Source of the DNA: Octopus sinensis
Taxonomy: Eukaryota
Length of the DNA stretch: 64,000 nucleotides
Assembly (NCBI RefSeq): GCF_006345805.1
Contig: NC_043013.1
Coordinates: 47,616,001-47,680,000, forward strand
Direction of reading: 5' to 3'
How positions within the stretch are numbered: position 1 is the first letter of the stretch; each line of letters starts with the position of its first letter. Below, in pieces: positions 37,550-51,329 of this stretch. The notes beneath the pieces are model-generated. The model saw only the letters and a program-made list of their open reading frames with translations, searched no databases and was not told the origin of the DNA. The translations under genes and the position numbers were made by a program.

Positions 37550-37740
37550 CATCTATTGTATGTATGTTTGTATGTATGTATATATGTATGTATGTATGTA
37601 AGTATGAGAGTATGTATTTATGTATGTTTGTATGTATGTATGTATGTAAGTATGAGAGTATGTATGTATGTATGTATGTATGTAAGTATGAGAGTATGTA
37701 TGTATGTATGTATGCATGTATCTACGTATGGATGTATGCA
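37550..37740. repeat. (TATG)n with higher-order gtaagtatgagagtatg unit x3
   Basis: Direct inspection. Confidence 0.85.
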
Positions 37741-37814
37741 TGATTATCAGCGGAATAAATAGCGTACTAAAAACTCCCTCTACAAAAACTAGAGCCCATA
37801 TTTGACGATAAGCA

Positions 37815-38025
37815 AAAGCAGCGAGCTGACAGAATCGTTATTACGCTGGACAAAATGCTAAGAGATATTTCGTCTGTCTCTCACGTCCAAATTCTGCCGA
37901 ATTTGACTTTGCCTTTCATCCTTTCGGGGTCGATATAATGAGTAGCAGTTGGGCACCGGGGTCGATTTAATCGGCTGGGACCCTCCTCCAAAAGTGCTGG
38001 CCTTGTGCCAACATTTGAAACCAAT
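37815..38025 (+). mobile_element. Family-A SINE
   Basis: gcgagctgacagaatcgtt...gactttgcctttcatcctttcggggtcgat. Confidence 0.8.
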
Positions 38026-38339
38026 ATATGATGATAGACATCCATTATAAATATATTTGCAAATATGATGAATAATATCAGGTGAAAGTTTCATAATATA
38101 CACAGTGGCTGTAGATGTTCCCAAAGAATTTGCTCACAAACAATGGTAGAGGAGCGGGGTTAACTGGTAAATATTCTACTAATGAAAGATATGAAGCTGG
38201 AACTAGCAGCAAAAAAAAATTATCAAAAATTCGGAGGTCACACGAAGCAAGTGGAAATAAATTTTCGACTCTGCGTTGGACCTGACCTAACTTGAAACTG
38301 ACCTAACTTGAAATGCGAAATAAGTATATATAAAATGCC

Positions 38340-38755
38340 TATTTCTTTACTACCCACAAGGGGCTAAACACAGAGAAGACAAACAAGGACAGACAAACGG
38401 ATTAAGTCGATTATATCGACCCCAGTGCGTAAATGGTATTTATTTTATCGACCCCGAAAGGATGAAAGGCAAAGTCGACCTCGGCGGAATTTGAACTCGG
38501 AACGTAGCGGCAGACGAAATACCTATTTCTTTATTACCCACAAGGGGCTAAACATAAAGGGCACAAACAAGGACAGACATAGTTATTAAGTCGATTACAT
38601 CGACCCCAGTGCGTAACTGGTACTTAATTTATCGACCCCGAATGGATGAAAGGCAAAGTCGACCTCGGCAGGATTTGAACTCAACGTAACGGCAGACGAA
38701 ATACCGCTAAGCATTTCGCCCGGTGTGCTAACGTTTCTGCCAGCTCACCGCCTTA
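38340..38755 (-). mobile_element. Family-A SINE tandem dimer (head-less copy 38340-38523 + full copy 38524-38755) with 19-bp TSD
   Basis: taagtatatataaaat(g/a)cc at 38321-38339 and 38756-38774. Confidence 0.9.
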
Positions 38756-40390
38756 TAAGTATATATAAAATACCCCATTGTGACTATGGAGCAATCACAA
38801 ACATGAATTCTCTGCTGGTTTGCCACTTATTAAATCTCCCTTGTTGGGATGGTTTGAGAAAAAATAATGCATGAAATTGTGATAAACGTGAAGTGATTTG
38901 ATACAGATACGATATAATAAAGTGGTGATTCTGACAAATTGTTAGTGATGTGGTTATGTTTAATGTATTTGGAGCTCTGTTTTTCTGAGGTTAAATATTA
39001 AAAAAAGTTTTCTAAGGATAATAGTAGAACAAGAAATAAACTGACTCCGGTGTGCTGAGTAGATCTTTCTATCTTATATTGTGAAATGAAATGACTATCA
39101 AATAACATTGGTTTCAGATAAACAAGATTTATGAGACCTTCATATAATAGTCTGGAATCTGTTAAGACTAAAATAAAACAGTTATAACTTGCGAAATTTT
39201 GCTCAAAACATGAATCCAGAATATTATTTTTTATCTCTCTTGAAAGCAATGTGACTAAAAGAATCCGCTAGCAGCAAGTTGAAACAATATTTGATTTTAT
39301 TGCTGTTTCTCTTGTTTTCTTCCCCTTTTCTCGGCAATGAACCCCCACTACTTATCAGCACTTGTTTCTTTCTGTGTCTTCTCATAAATCATCATTCATT
39401 ATACTTAAAATAATATTGAATTTTAAAATAAGAAATTGAAAAATAAATAAAAAGCATTTTTGCCTTAAGATTATCGTGCAAGCCTTTGTTTTTACCCTCT
39501 TAATGTCCATACAATTTCATGTTTTACTTGTTTGTATTTATATAATAACTATTTTGTTTTTATATTTTTGTTTTGTTTTTTATTCAAATATAAATCCCTA
39601 AAGAAAGTTTTTGTTCATAACTTTTAAGATTTATTGCTTATAAAATAAACTTGTTGAAGTTTTAGCTTCAATAGCGCCTGGCGGTGTATCGTGAGCACAG
39701 GAGAAGATGTTTTCTATCATATACATAAATGGAATGATACTTCTATGATATTTTTCCCAGGATATAATTCTGGGCGGATCTTAAATTTTATTAACCGCCG
39801 GCACCTCCTCACCTCAAGGGAATATTACTCATAACGAAAATTCTTTGTTTTTAATTAATACTTAAACTATACTTAGGACTTGCATAGTGGATGTCAGGCT
39901 TCTGATAAATTTTTTCCTTGTTTTCCTACCGAGCTATATCACGCAATCATAACCGTTATACACCAGACTGAAGAAAACATAATATTAAAACATTACATTA
40001 AAATTTTAAAACATTATATTAAACTAGTTCTCATTACGTTTAATTTAGTAGATTCTTGATATAAAATTGCATTGGAATTTTATATAATATTTCGATATCT
40101 TTCACTGAAATATTTTGCATTGTCGTATATATCGTATCTTATTTTACTCTATGAAAATAATGTGGCGATGGTATTTCAGTTTTTAACAAGATGTGCGCTC
40201 AAATTACGGAGGAGTTTATTACTTCAATATTTAGGCAATTAGAATAGTTATCAGTTAGATTCTGCACATAAGCGTGTTCAGAAGTTTCTCTGATGGCTAG
40301 TAGAGGCGGCTGATAAAGATGATTTTTATCTTCAATAAGTTTTTCTGAGTTCTTTCATATACTGATACTAACTTTTAAATTGCGTCAATA

Positions 40391-40552
40391 TTGCTTTCAT
40401 ATTTTGGCTCAAGGCCAGCAATTTCAGGGGGTGAACTAAGACGATTAAACCTAAAGGATGAAAGGCGGAATTTCAACTCAGAATGTGAAGACGGACGAAA
40501 TGGCGCTAAGCATTTTGCCCGGCGTGCTAACGATTCTACAAGCCCACCGCTT
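40391..40552 (-). mobile_element. Internally deleted family-A SINE
   Basis: tttggctcaaggccagcaattt...aaggatgaaaggcggaatttcaactcag...ctaacgattctac. Confidence 0.75.
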
Positions 40553-41618
40553 TAAAAACTGCGTTAATATTCTGGAGGAATAATCCAGCTCATCTCAGGA
40601 AAATACGAAACAAATAAACTTGAGTGACTGATTATTTATTTTTTAGCTCTGAGCAACTTAAGGGAATATCTTTTACCACCCTAGCTTAGCTGATACCAGA
40701 TCACACTTTGAAGAACTGAATCAGTCTTCAAAATAGAACATTAACTTAGTACTCATACAGTCACAAACACACTCATATATTTAACCAATATATTTTGAGG
40801 TTTAATCCTAATTACACCATTGTAGTGAAAAATTGTAGTTGCTCTCCTGAAGAATCAGCAGGCTGAGTGGAGACTTAAAAATCATACATACAGATATACC
40901 CTATATATATATATATATATATATGCGTGTGTATACACACACACACACACACACAACACACACACACACACACACGCACACGCACACGCACATATAATAT
41001 TAAAATTGAACTTGAATCTTGCCTTCTTGCAGTGTTATGCAGCCAAACTGGCACATAATGGGAAAATACTATGAATTAAGGTCTTCCTAACAGAAGAAAA
41101 CAAGTTTCGCGCAAATCCTGAAATATCTGGTGTTTTGGGGATATAAATACCCAAAAGGATGCATAACTGGAAAATACTCAGAAAATAACTTAACCTTGAA
41201 AGGGAAAAAACTCTAACCTTTCGGTTATGATGGTCAAAAGAATTAATGATTTGCCAACGAAAAACTACGAGTTGTTTTTTTACAGTAAATGTCTCTATTT
41301 TCGCTTTTGTTAAACACAATATTTTAATTATTTACAAATATTTTAAAGTGAATGTGATTTCAAAAATGTAAGCTGTTTGTAGAGTAAGTATTTATATTTT
41401 ACCTTTCTTTCAGCAGACAATATTTTAATCTTTTTAAAAATTATTTTCAAATAAATAGCTTTACAAAAACTATTTTTTGGTATATTAAAATTTTTTTTAG
41501 TGAAAATGGCACCAAAAATACGCTAAATATTTCATAAAAGATCCGTTCGTAACCTCGGTGTGACATATTTTTTCCATAGGTTTTATTGGAGTTCACTCAA
41601 CGTATCTCACTTCGAAAG

Positions 41619-41729
41619 ATTTGGTTGCTATTTCTAGCATACCCCGCTACCACGTAACAGCTATTTGTGACAAAGGACCTGAAATAGCTGTTACCTGGCA
41701 GCAGGGCGTGCAAGAAATAGCAGCCAAAT
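41619..41729. repeat. Imperfect palindrome: 48-nt arms, 15-nt loop
   Basis: atttggttgctatttctagca..taacagctattt [gtgacaaaggacctg] aaatagctgtta..tgcaagaaatagcagccaaat. Confidence 0.85.
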
Positions 41730-41970
41730 ATTTCCTTTTCTGAAGAAAGGAGCCGTTGACGCGTGACCGAGATACGCGGCTTTTTTGGGTACTTTTATAA
41801 ATAACCAAATCGGCGTATAATGGGGAAAATGCTCTGAAAGTAAGCTAACAATGAAATGTGAGTACACACGGAATAACAGAAGTTTCGCATAAATCGGACC
41901 ACGGGTTCCCAAAATACTTCGAACTATTGGTGACCTAACGGGTCACGGTTAGTTTAGTAAGATATTCTGC

Positions 41971-42180
41971 ATTCTTTTATCCTTTTGTTTGTTTCAGTCA
42001 TTTGACTTTGGCCATGCTGGAGTACCGCCTTTAGTCGAGCAAATCGATCCCAGGACTTATTCTTTGTAAGCCTAGTACTTATTCTATCGGTCTCTTTTGC
42101 CGAACCGTTAAGTGACGTAAACGTAAACACACCAGCATCGGTTGTCAAGCGATGTTGGGGGGACAAACTCAGCCACACAA

Positions 42181-42243
<63 letters not shown>

Positions 42244-42401
42244 GACGGGCTTCTTTCAGTTTCTGTCTACCAAATCCACTCACAAGGCTTTGGTCGGCCC
42301 GAGGCTATAGTAGAAGACAGTTGCTCAAGGTGCCACGCAGTGGGACTGAACCCGGAACCATGTGGTTGGTAAGCAAGCTACTTACCACACAGCCACTCCT
42401 G
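41971..42401 (-). mobile_element. Family-B SINE
   Basis: Reverse complement of 46197-46617. Confidence 0.92.
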
Positions 42402-42425
42402 TATACATATAAATATATATATATA

Positions 42426-42482
<57 letters not shown>

Positions 42483-42554
42483 ATATATATATATGTATAT
42501 GTATGTATATATATGTGTGTATATGTGTCTTTTAATTTTCTGGATGCTGCTGTC

Positions 42555-43590
42555 TTATGAAGTTTCCCTATATTGCCGTTGAAAGCACGAAATAGGAGTA
42601 ATAAATAGTCCGACAACTGATGAGGAGTTATATTCTCTTGGCATTTTGTCCTGTACTTTTCTCTCGTGTCTTTACGTATTTTTCACTCGTTGGTGATGTC
42701 CTGTGCACAATGTATATTTTTTGTTTTATTTATAACCGAACCCCACGCAGCCGTGACCATAGTAACCAATCTTCAAAAACAACAACAGTAACCCATGCTT
42801 TTGAATTAACCATCCATATAACAGGGAGAGATGATTTGGGTATGTTCTTCACGGCACAGGGTTTGTGTACATGATACACAAGCAATGGCTTCAATTTAAA
42901 AACTCCTGCTAGAATTACCTCCCAACATAATGGTCACACGTTCTTTTGAGACCTTGTAGCCTGGAATAGTATTTTACTCCTTGGAAATGAATGAACGGTC
43001 TGGCCACTTTTTCCAATGCAATCCAGTTTCGTCTACATTAAAAATCTGTTCCGGATGGAACCGGTTTTCTTCGATGATTTTCTTTAAGGCATTAGGAAAT
43101 TCCGCTGCTGCTTGTTCATCAGATGATGCACTTTCACTTTGCTTCTTAATGGAGTGATAACTTCTTCGCTCCTTAAATCTCATGAACCATCCTTCACTTG
43201 CCTTGGATATTTTTTCTTTATTTGAATATTTTTCTTCGGGTCTTCAAATTAAGACAACCCTTTCTCATGAATGATTTCTTGACTAATAGTAGCAAACCTG
43301 ATTCAACCTAACAATCTATTCAGAAAGAAGACTTACCATTTCTTCAAAGATTTTGTCTCCTTTTTATTGATTACAACATTCCTCATCCCTAGGGCTTCAG
43401 ATTTCATATGTCCTAAAATCTTGTCCTTATTATGTACAATCATCGATACAGTTGTGCGACTCATCCCAAAAGATCGTGCAATTGTTATCAATGTTTCACC
43501 TTTTCTATAGCGTTTTATCATAGCCAGTTTATCTTCCAGTGTAATAGCATGACGCTTAGCACTTTCACTATCAAATTTCTAAGGAGCTAT
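42555..43590 (-). pseudogene. Decayed Tigger/pogo (CENP-B-like) transposase, N-terminal two thirds
   Basis: KRHAITLEDKLAMIKRYRKGE (HTH-psq), GWFMRFKER, QIFNVDETGLHWKK, FKLKPLLVY, KAWVT..VFEDW. Confidence 0.85.
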
Positions 43591-44179
43591 GGGGGCTAAA
43601 AAAATTAAATGACAAATGAATGAGAATGTAAAGTAGCCGATAAACAGACGTAAACAAATCTGAATTCAAAACAATCGAGGTAATCACGAGTGACAACGAC
43701 GCCTAACGGTAGATATTGGAACAACTGCAATATGAGCACCAAAAGACCGATAAATAGGTCAACACAGCTGATTTCATGATTTCGTTCACTAAGCTACACT
43801 ACTTTATGGTGTACATCTTAACATTTACTGTACGTATTTTAATAGGATTTTATATGCTTTTAATATTATTTATTGCGCAATATGTGCTTTTAATGGTTTT
43901 CTAGTGATTTTACGATTCCAATGTTTGTGGTGGACAGACGTAAAGTCGAGTAAAATTATTTAACTTGATTTTTATTTTTCCATATATTATTTTTGAAGAC
44001 TGACGTATAATCGAGAACGACTTAAATCGAAACCACTTAAGCCGAAGTATACGTGCATATATACATACATACATACACACATATATATATACACATATAT
44101 ATGCATATAAATATATATATACATATATATATACATATATATATACATATACATATATATACTTGTACATATTTATATA

Positions 44180-44254
<75 letters not shown>

Positions 44255-45047
44255 AACACAAGGAAGTCAATCTGTAGATAGAACTTACAAACACCATTTG
44301 AGCATATAAAGCTCTACAAGAATATAGCTTGGGTGAAAAAACATGAGCCGCTTTAGGGTAGCTTTCTCTAATGCCTGACCGCACAGTGGCGTGGTTGAAA
44401 TCTCATTGATTTGTAATAAACGCTTAATATACGTATGTGGCCCATAGCGGTCATAAATAAGCATGCACGACCGCTTGCACAATATTTTTCGATAGACGGA
44501 GAAATATAAATACTGTATTTAAATAGACGGAAAGCAAAAAAAAATATATATATATAAATAGGTAATATTGTAGGGAGAACGTACAAATACTATAAAGACA
44601 AAGATATTTACCCGCAACAACACTGAAATACACTAAAGTCAGTTTTTAGACAGATGTGGCAAAACTGAATTTAAACACACTGGGAGAACAAAAATTAAAA
44701 ATAACTAAATTATTTTTCAGAGAGAAAGTACAAAACCGTAACAAGAGTAATTTTTACGCTCGACTAATTGAAATACCTGTAAATCAATTTGTAGACTGAA
44801 GTTAGTATGTGAGAGAGAGAGAGAGAGAGAGCGTGAAAGAAACAGACATATACTGAAAGAGGTGAACTATTACAGAAGGTAACAGACAATGAGAAAAAGA
44901 GAGAGAAGAGAGAAATAAACTGGGAGAGAAATGGTTGAAAACTGCAGAAGGTTTTAGACAAAAACCCGTATAAAACACAGTTTTCCGGTTCCTAACAGAG
45001 ACATGCATCTCTATCTATCTATCTATCTATCTATCGATCTATCTATC

Positions 45048-45085
<38 letters not shown>

Positions 45086-45140
45086 ATATATAGCTCGTCG
45101 CATTTATATATATATATATAATATACATATATACATACAT

Positions 45141-45272
45141 GCGACGGGCATTTTTCTGTTTTCAAAACTTTGGTCGACTATAATAGAGGACATTCACCTA
45201 AGGTGCCGCGAGGTGGGTCTGAACTCGAAACCATGTGGTTGAGAGGCAATCTTCTTACTACACAGCCACGCC
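45141..45272 (-). mobile_element. Degenerate family-B SINE head
   Basis: tatatagaggac...aaggtgccgcg...gaaaccatgtggttg...cttactacacagccac. Confidence 0.65.
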
Positions 45273-45276
45273 TTCG

Positions 45277-45342
<66 letters not shown>

Positions 45343-45705
45343 ATTAGGGATCCCTTGAAGACAATGTAAACTTCTTTTGATTAAGGTATTTTGGGCCTGA
45401 CGAGTAGCCAGCAGATTACTCCTCGTTTGGATAATTACTACTCCTGAATTTCTGCTACCTATGAAACATATGTAGTCTGTATTTTATTTACTCCGTTCTC
45501 TGGTTTTGTGATTTCTATTCCCATACACAGCAAATCTTGATGCTAACCATAAGCAATAAAACAATTTATTCAACTTGTCAAAATTCGATACGGGGAAAAT
45601 TTACAACATTCTGCGTCAATAAACCACTATTATTCCTGAAAGTTGGGTTTTATACCTTGTACGGACGGCTCGATCGTTGAAACTTGGATTCTCCGATCTT
45701 ACCTT

Positions 45706-45741
<36 letters not shown>

Positions 45742-45863
45742 TGTGTGTGTGTGTGTGTATAAAATTAAGGAGTGAAAACAAATTCAAACGTTGATATACA
45801 TTCATTCAATTATATTAACGAAACTTTCCATGGATACAAAATACATACATAGATGCATTCATC

Positions 45864-45898
<35 letters not shown>

Positions 45899-45914
45899 CA
45901 TATGTATAAGTATA

Positions 45915-45961
<47 letters not shown>

Positions 45962-46196
45962 TATATATATATACACATATATATACTATAGAATAAACAC
46001 CAAAAACAAACGCGAGGGCATGGTACATGTAACGTATTAGCATATATATATAGTAATTCGAATTAATGACCAGCTAAACCGTCATCGGTCTGTGACATTA
46101 GAGTTAGTCTTGTCTTGAAGCTGTCTCTGTTGAGTTAAAATTATCTTAAATCTCCAACTAAAATCCCTACAAAAGATTTTGTAATTTAACTACATA

Positions 46197-46617
46197 ATAG
46201 GCGCAGGAGTGGCTGTGTGGTAAGTAGCTTGCTTACCAGCCACATGGTTCCGGGTTCAGTCCCACTGCGTGGCATCTTGGGCATGTGTCTTCTACTATAG
46301 CCGCGGGCCAACCAAAGCCTTGTGAGTGGATTAGGTAGACGGAAACTGAAAGAAGCCCGTCGTATATATGTATGCATATATATATGTGTGTGTGTGTATG
46401 TGTTTGTGTGTGTGTGTTTGTCCCCCTAGCATTGCTTGACGACCGATGCTGGTGTGTTTACGTCCCCGTCACTTAGCGGTTCGGCAAAAGAGACCGATAG
46501 AATAAGTACTGGGCTTACAAAGAATAAGTCCTGGGGTCGATTTGATCGACTAAAGGCGGTGCTCCAGCATGGCCGCAGTCAAATTACTGAAACAAGTAAA
46601 AGAGTAAAAGAGAGTAA
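46197..46617 (+). mobile_element. Intact family-B tRNA-derived SINE
   Basis: aggcgcaggagtggctgtgtggtaag (A-box-like)...gggttcagtccc (B-box-like), internal (TA/TG)n, (AAAAGAGT)n tail. Confidence 0.93.
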
Positions 46618-47536
46618 TCATACATAAACACACATGTATAAAATGTATATCAGTATCCAAGCAAACAGAAAGAACCATTTCCTTTATCGTTTTTACATGA
46701 CATTATATCATATTTTTTCTCCTATTTTTGTACATGAATACACGCATACATGTTCTATATGAACCCCATTTATAGATGTCTAGAACAAATTTTGAAGAAA
46801 TCTTATAAACAAACATCAAACAAACTCCATCTCCACAAAACAGGAAAATCAAAATCCTATATACTAATCAAATATTTCATAGAAAATGAACACCAAGAGA
46901 GAAACATCTAGATATGCAACCATAACTTAAATATTTTTCTGAACATCATAGCACAAGAGAAACAACTTTTTATACTAGCGAAGCCATGTCATGCCTGACT
47001 AAAACCCCAACCTTACAAATGAAAACAAGAAATACCCTCAATAAGAATAAGTAAAAAATGAGCAGTCTAAACTTATCACCTACCTACATTCTTTAGTGAA
47101 AAACCTTGTCACGCCTAATTACTAAGGGCTTAAATGTACCTTTGTACCTTCCACCTTTGACTTTTACACTCTCAAATCAAATGGATTAAATCCAATAATA
47201 CCAAAAGTAACAAAAGTACTCTTAGACTTTGTGGGTACATAACAAAAGAGAAACACATAAAGGCTTGTTTACAAAGATCTACATCCATTGATATATTCGA
47301 AACAATATCATAACTCAAAATATGGTGAATTAAATTTTTTCCAAGACACCATTCCATAACAACCAACCATAAAAAACTAACTGCCACGCCACTCAAATCC
47401 AGATGCCTTAAGGATGATTTTAACTCAACAAAGACTATATATAGAGAAGATTAACTGTAATGCAAGGGTTAGCTAGCCGAAACTTCGAAATCACTGTCAA
47501 CAACATTTTTGTTTAAGAATTATGTGTGTGTATATA

Positions 47537-47569
<33 letters not shown>

Positions 47570-47574
47570 CAAAC

Positions 47575-47978
47575 ATAAGCGTAGGAGTGACTGTGTAGTA
47601 AATAGTTTGCTTCCCAACTACATGGTTTCAGGTTCAGTCCCACTGTGTGGCGCCTTAGGCGAGTGTCTACAACCATAGCCACGGGCCGACCAAAGCCTTG
47701 TGAATGGATTTGGTAGACGGAAACTAAAAGAAGCCCGTCGTATGTATATGTGTGAGTGTGTGTGTATGTGTTTGTCTATCGGTGTTTGTCCCCCCACCAT
47801 CGCTTGACAACCGATGTTGGTGTGTTTACGTCCCCGTAACTTAGCGGTTCAGCAAAATTGACCGATAGAATAAGTACTAGCCTTACAAGGAAGAGTTCCT
47901 AGGGTTGATTTGCTCGACTAAAGGTGGTGCTCCAGCATGGCCGCAGTCAAATGACTGAAACAAGAAAAAGAATAAAAG

Positions 47979-47980
<2 letters not shown>
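47575..47980 (+). mobile_element. Family-B SINE
   Basis: Colinear with 46197-46617; tail aaaagaata, re-duplicated through 48100. Confidence 0.9.
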
Positions 47981-48036
<56 letters not shown>

Positions 48037-48083
48037 AATAAAAAAGAATAAAAGAATATATATATATATAGAATAAAAGAATA

Positions 48084-48115
<32 letters not shown>

Positions 48116-48116
48116 G

Positions 48117-48968
48117 CAGGGTGTTCGATTATGTCGATTTTCCATACCTCCTACTTTCAGAAAGCGTAAACAATGGCGTTGGAGACCCTGAAAACTAAAT
48201 TTCTAGTTGAGAAAGAGTTAGCTGACATAGAGGCTTAAAACGACGCTGAATACCGAAAGTGTTATTTGTATCCTGTTGATTCACGCCGGCTATCAAAATG
48301 CCAACATCATGATTGCTAGTCAGTGTTCTGTTAACACTGTAAAGTGGCTTGATCAGTTGCAACGGAGACTACAAAGTCGTGATCAGAAAGAAGATACACT
48401 GGATGCCTTCTGACTGCGTCCGCACGTTGAAGTTCATCTCTACGTCTGTTAATAAGGTCTTAGACTCAGTCCAGCCGTCGATGTGAAACGGCTGGAGACT
48501 GTGGTCGGTACCAAGCTGGAAAGGTTTGTTGCTAGAAGGTCATATGTGTAGCACCAGGTTTCGGATCCTTGCCATGTCTGCATAAAGCGTCAGAACTGGT
48601 CGTCGGAGAATTTCTACGACTTCACCAGTCACAATTTTTTACCTCTTAATTCTCCCGGTTGTAATCCTATGTATTATAATGCGTGGGTCACGATTAAGAA
48701 ATACACTAACCGCTCTACTTGTAACACCAAAGCCGAGATGGTCGCCAAGATCAAGGAGATGTTTGAAGATCTTCCCTGGGACACAGTGAGGAACGCATGT
48801 ACCGGGTTTAGGAGCCGTCTTGTGGTAGGTTGACGGTGGCTACTTTGAGTAAACTGCTATTTCCCAGCCATATTCTAGTTGATAGTTTGGGTTTTTTTGT
48901 AATGCTTCTGTTTTTAGATGGATACTATCTCTTCTTTTTCTTTTATGTCAAATTAGTCCGAACTCCTG
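48117..48968 (+). mobile_element. Internally deleted maT-type (DD37D) Tc1/mariner element
   Basis: Imperfect TIRs cagggtgttcgatta / tagtccgaactcctg; N-terminal IHAGYQNANIMIASQCSVNTVK; SYV*HQVSDPCH...NSPGCNPMYY with 37 residues between the two decayed Asp positions; GYFE* at 48852. Confidence 0.75.
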
Positions 48969-49469
48969 TCGATAATGTGTAAAGTATTGGGAAAATTATT
49001 AAAGTATAAATTCTCGTGGCCAAGAACTTCGTAAATCTATTCTTAATTTCTTTCTTTGCTGATCAAAATACACCCTGCTGAAAAGTTTTAATACAACTTC
49101 AGCATCACCATAACTGTGTTAACAAAAGTCAAAAACTTGTGAAAAATAATCTCGAGTTACTTGAAATAATTTCACTTTTCTTTAAGTGTTGCTAAAATGT
49201 CAGCCCGAATAGTTCCTTTTTTTCTCCCTAGCTTTTGGAAAAATTACGCTTCAGGAATTCTCTTTTGAATTCATATGGTACTTCTCCCTCAGCATGATAT
49301 ATCTCAAATCCAAGTTATTCTCTAAAATTATTTTCCGTAGCTAATTTGTAATCTTAAGAATGTCTTCAAATATCTTGACACGTCTTTGTTTTTGTCTAGA
49401 GTAAACTGTTTTCTGTGCACTCGTATAAGTAAGTTCCCTGGGCATTATTGTCTCCGATATCTAAGGCTC

Positions 49470-49680
49470 AGAGGGCTAGTTACCCGGTCTCCATGACGTA
49501 AAAATGACCAAGATCACAACATACCCCTTAAATGCGACGCAAATCCGGCGTAGGGTTACTTTGCAAAGTAGACTAAAGCAACATGAAATGGAGTGTTTCT
49601 CTCAAGAACACAATACACTGCCATGCACGGGTATCAAAATGACGATTACAAGATCAAGAAAAAGATCGCAAGACACTCTA
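49470..49680 (-). mobile_element. Degenerate SINE
   Basis: gcaacatgaaatggagtgtttctctcaagaacacaa matches the family-C central block (gcaacgtgaaataaagtgtcttgctcaagaacacaa at 1208-1243). Confidence 0.5.
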
Positions 49681-50329
49681 CCGGGTAGAATGTCTTGCGA
49701 TCTTTTTGTCGATGGGTGTAGAGTCTACAGATTAGGTAATATACATTCCCTCTATGTTACTTTTAGTATCACTGAATATCCTCAAACCCTCCTAGGGGTA
49801 TATCTCGATGTGTTTACTGGCTTATGCACTGACACGTTGGTCATGGAATGGACTATGCAATTGTAAGTTATTGTGGGTGAGGGATCAAACGCCACAAGTA
49901 TAACAAATGAATGAAGTATTATAACTGTAAATACGTACGTTGCTGTCGCCGCTTAACTTACATGTAGCCGGAATTTACTCCTTTACTCAATTTGGAACAT
50001 ATTCTCCTCGTTAGAATCAATTAATTAATTATATATAATTATATATAATTATATATAATTCTCGTATGTGGCTTCTTCAGAGATTTGGGTTCTTGTTCAA
50101 GATACTTGTTCCCTACAACTTGTTCGAATCTCTCACTGCCTAGTTTGAAACATGCTTTCTTATTAGCTGAGTTAAATACCATTACGATTTAATGCTTTCT
50201 CGACTCTATAATTTGAAGTGAATATAATCAATGTGTTTCAAATGTGGGTGTATAGGAGAATGTTGCGAATCTCATCTCTTACGAGGACCATCGGATGGAT
50301 GAATGGGTATTACAAAAAGGTGAAATATA

Positions 50330-50560
50330 CCAGCTTCTCAATATTGTGAAAAAAATCTCATTTATTAAAATCGTATACGAAGAAGCAGAGGTCAGCAAAA
50401 CATTATCATAGAAGGAAGAGTACAGATCCAGGAGCAGGCAAAGAACGCAATGAATGCACAATGTCAAGAACTGGTTGGACAAAAGAGGCAAGGCAGCTGG
50501 AGGCCTGACGCTTAACCGAGAAGACATTCATTATAGTGTCTTGAATGCGCTGCATGCGTA
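50330..50560 (+). mobile_element. Decayed RTE LINE 3' fragment
   Basis: NIIIEGRV + RSRSRQRTQ*MHNVKNW resembles IMEGKVEG.RGRGRQR.RWMDNIKEW. Confidence 0.55.
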
Positions 50561-51329
50561 CGATACACGACGACGAATTCAATTTCAACATGATCTATTT
50601 GTCACATAGTATAATCCCATTTGCAAGTCATACAAAAATCTTTTGTTTATAGTACCTTTTGCTTATAGTAAGTTATTTCAGATTATGTGAATAATAATGC
50701 ATTTATGTCTAACAATTAACATATAGTGTTTTCCTCTATATACTTCATATGATCTGTCTTCTTCCAGCTTTCTACATTATCCGTGTGAGACCCCATAACC
50801 CATGTGATGGTCTGATATTTTATGTTGGCACCAATGGGATCTGTTACATGTAGAATTTAATACAAAATGGAAATACATGATGGCTTCCCTTTGTGTTCAA
50901 CTGTCTACTAAAATGCTGACCCAGCCGCGAAATTTTTTTCCCACGAGAGTTCCGGATCCCAGTAATCAACTCATTTACATACAGCCAATCAGAACTCACC
51001 TTGACCTTGTTGTCAAAACCAAGTGCTGAGGATGGCAGTAGCTCAATAATCAATGGGCTTAACAAAGCTTTTCTTGTTTCACAACAAAGTTATGTTCAAG
51101 ACAAGGAATTCCTTGGGGGACCAGTGGAAAATATTCACCAAGCAACTTCTGGAACTAACTTCTGGAACAGATACTGCGTTAGCTCTGCGCTTTGCTGCTT
51201 TAGTCGACATTCTGGTGTGGCACGTGCTCATGGCAAGAAAAAACGAAAATCTCTGGTGCGAATTTTTTCCCCCACAAAGGAAAATCTCTAGTTAGTATGA
51301 AGATAATTGATGTGCAACCAACTGCAGCA

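Noticed and set aside
39675-39695. gcgcctggcgg as a CTCF-like site
   Set aside because: Lacks the core spacing of the CTCF motif; cannot be supported from sequence.
46700-47500. A/C-rich stretch that may be an old LINE or Penelope ORF (RLCGYITKEKHIKAC knuckle-like)
   Set aside because: First Cys missing, spacing off, many stops; family cannot be assigned.
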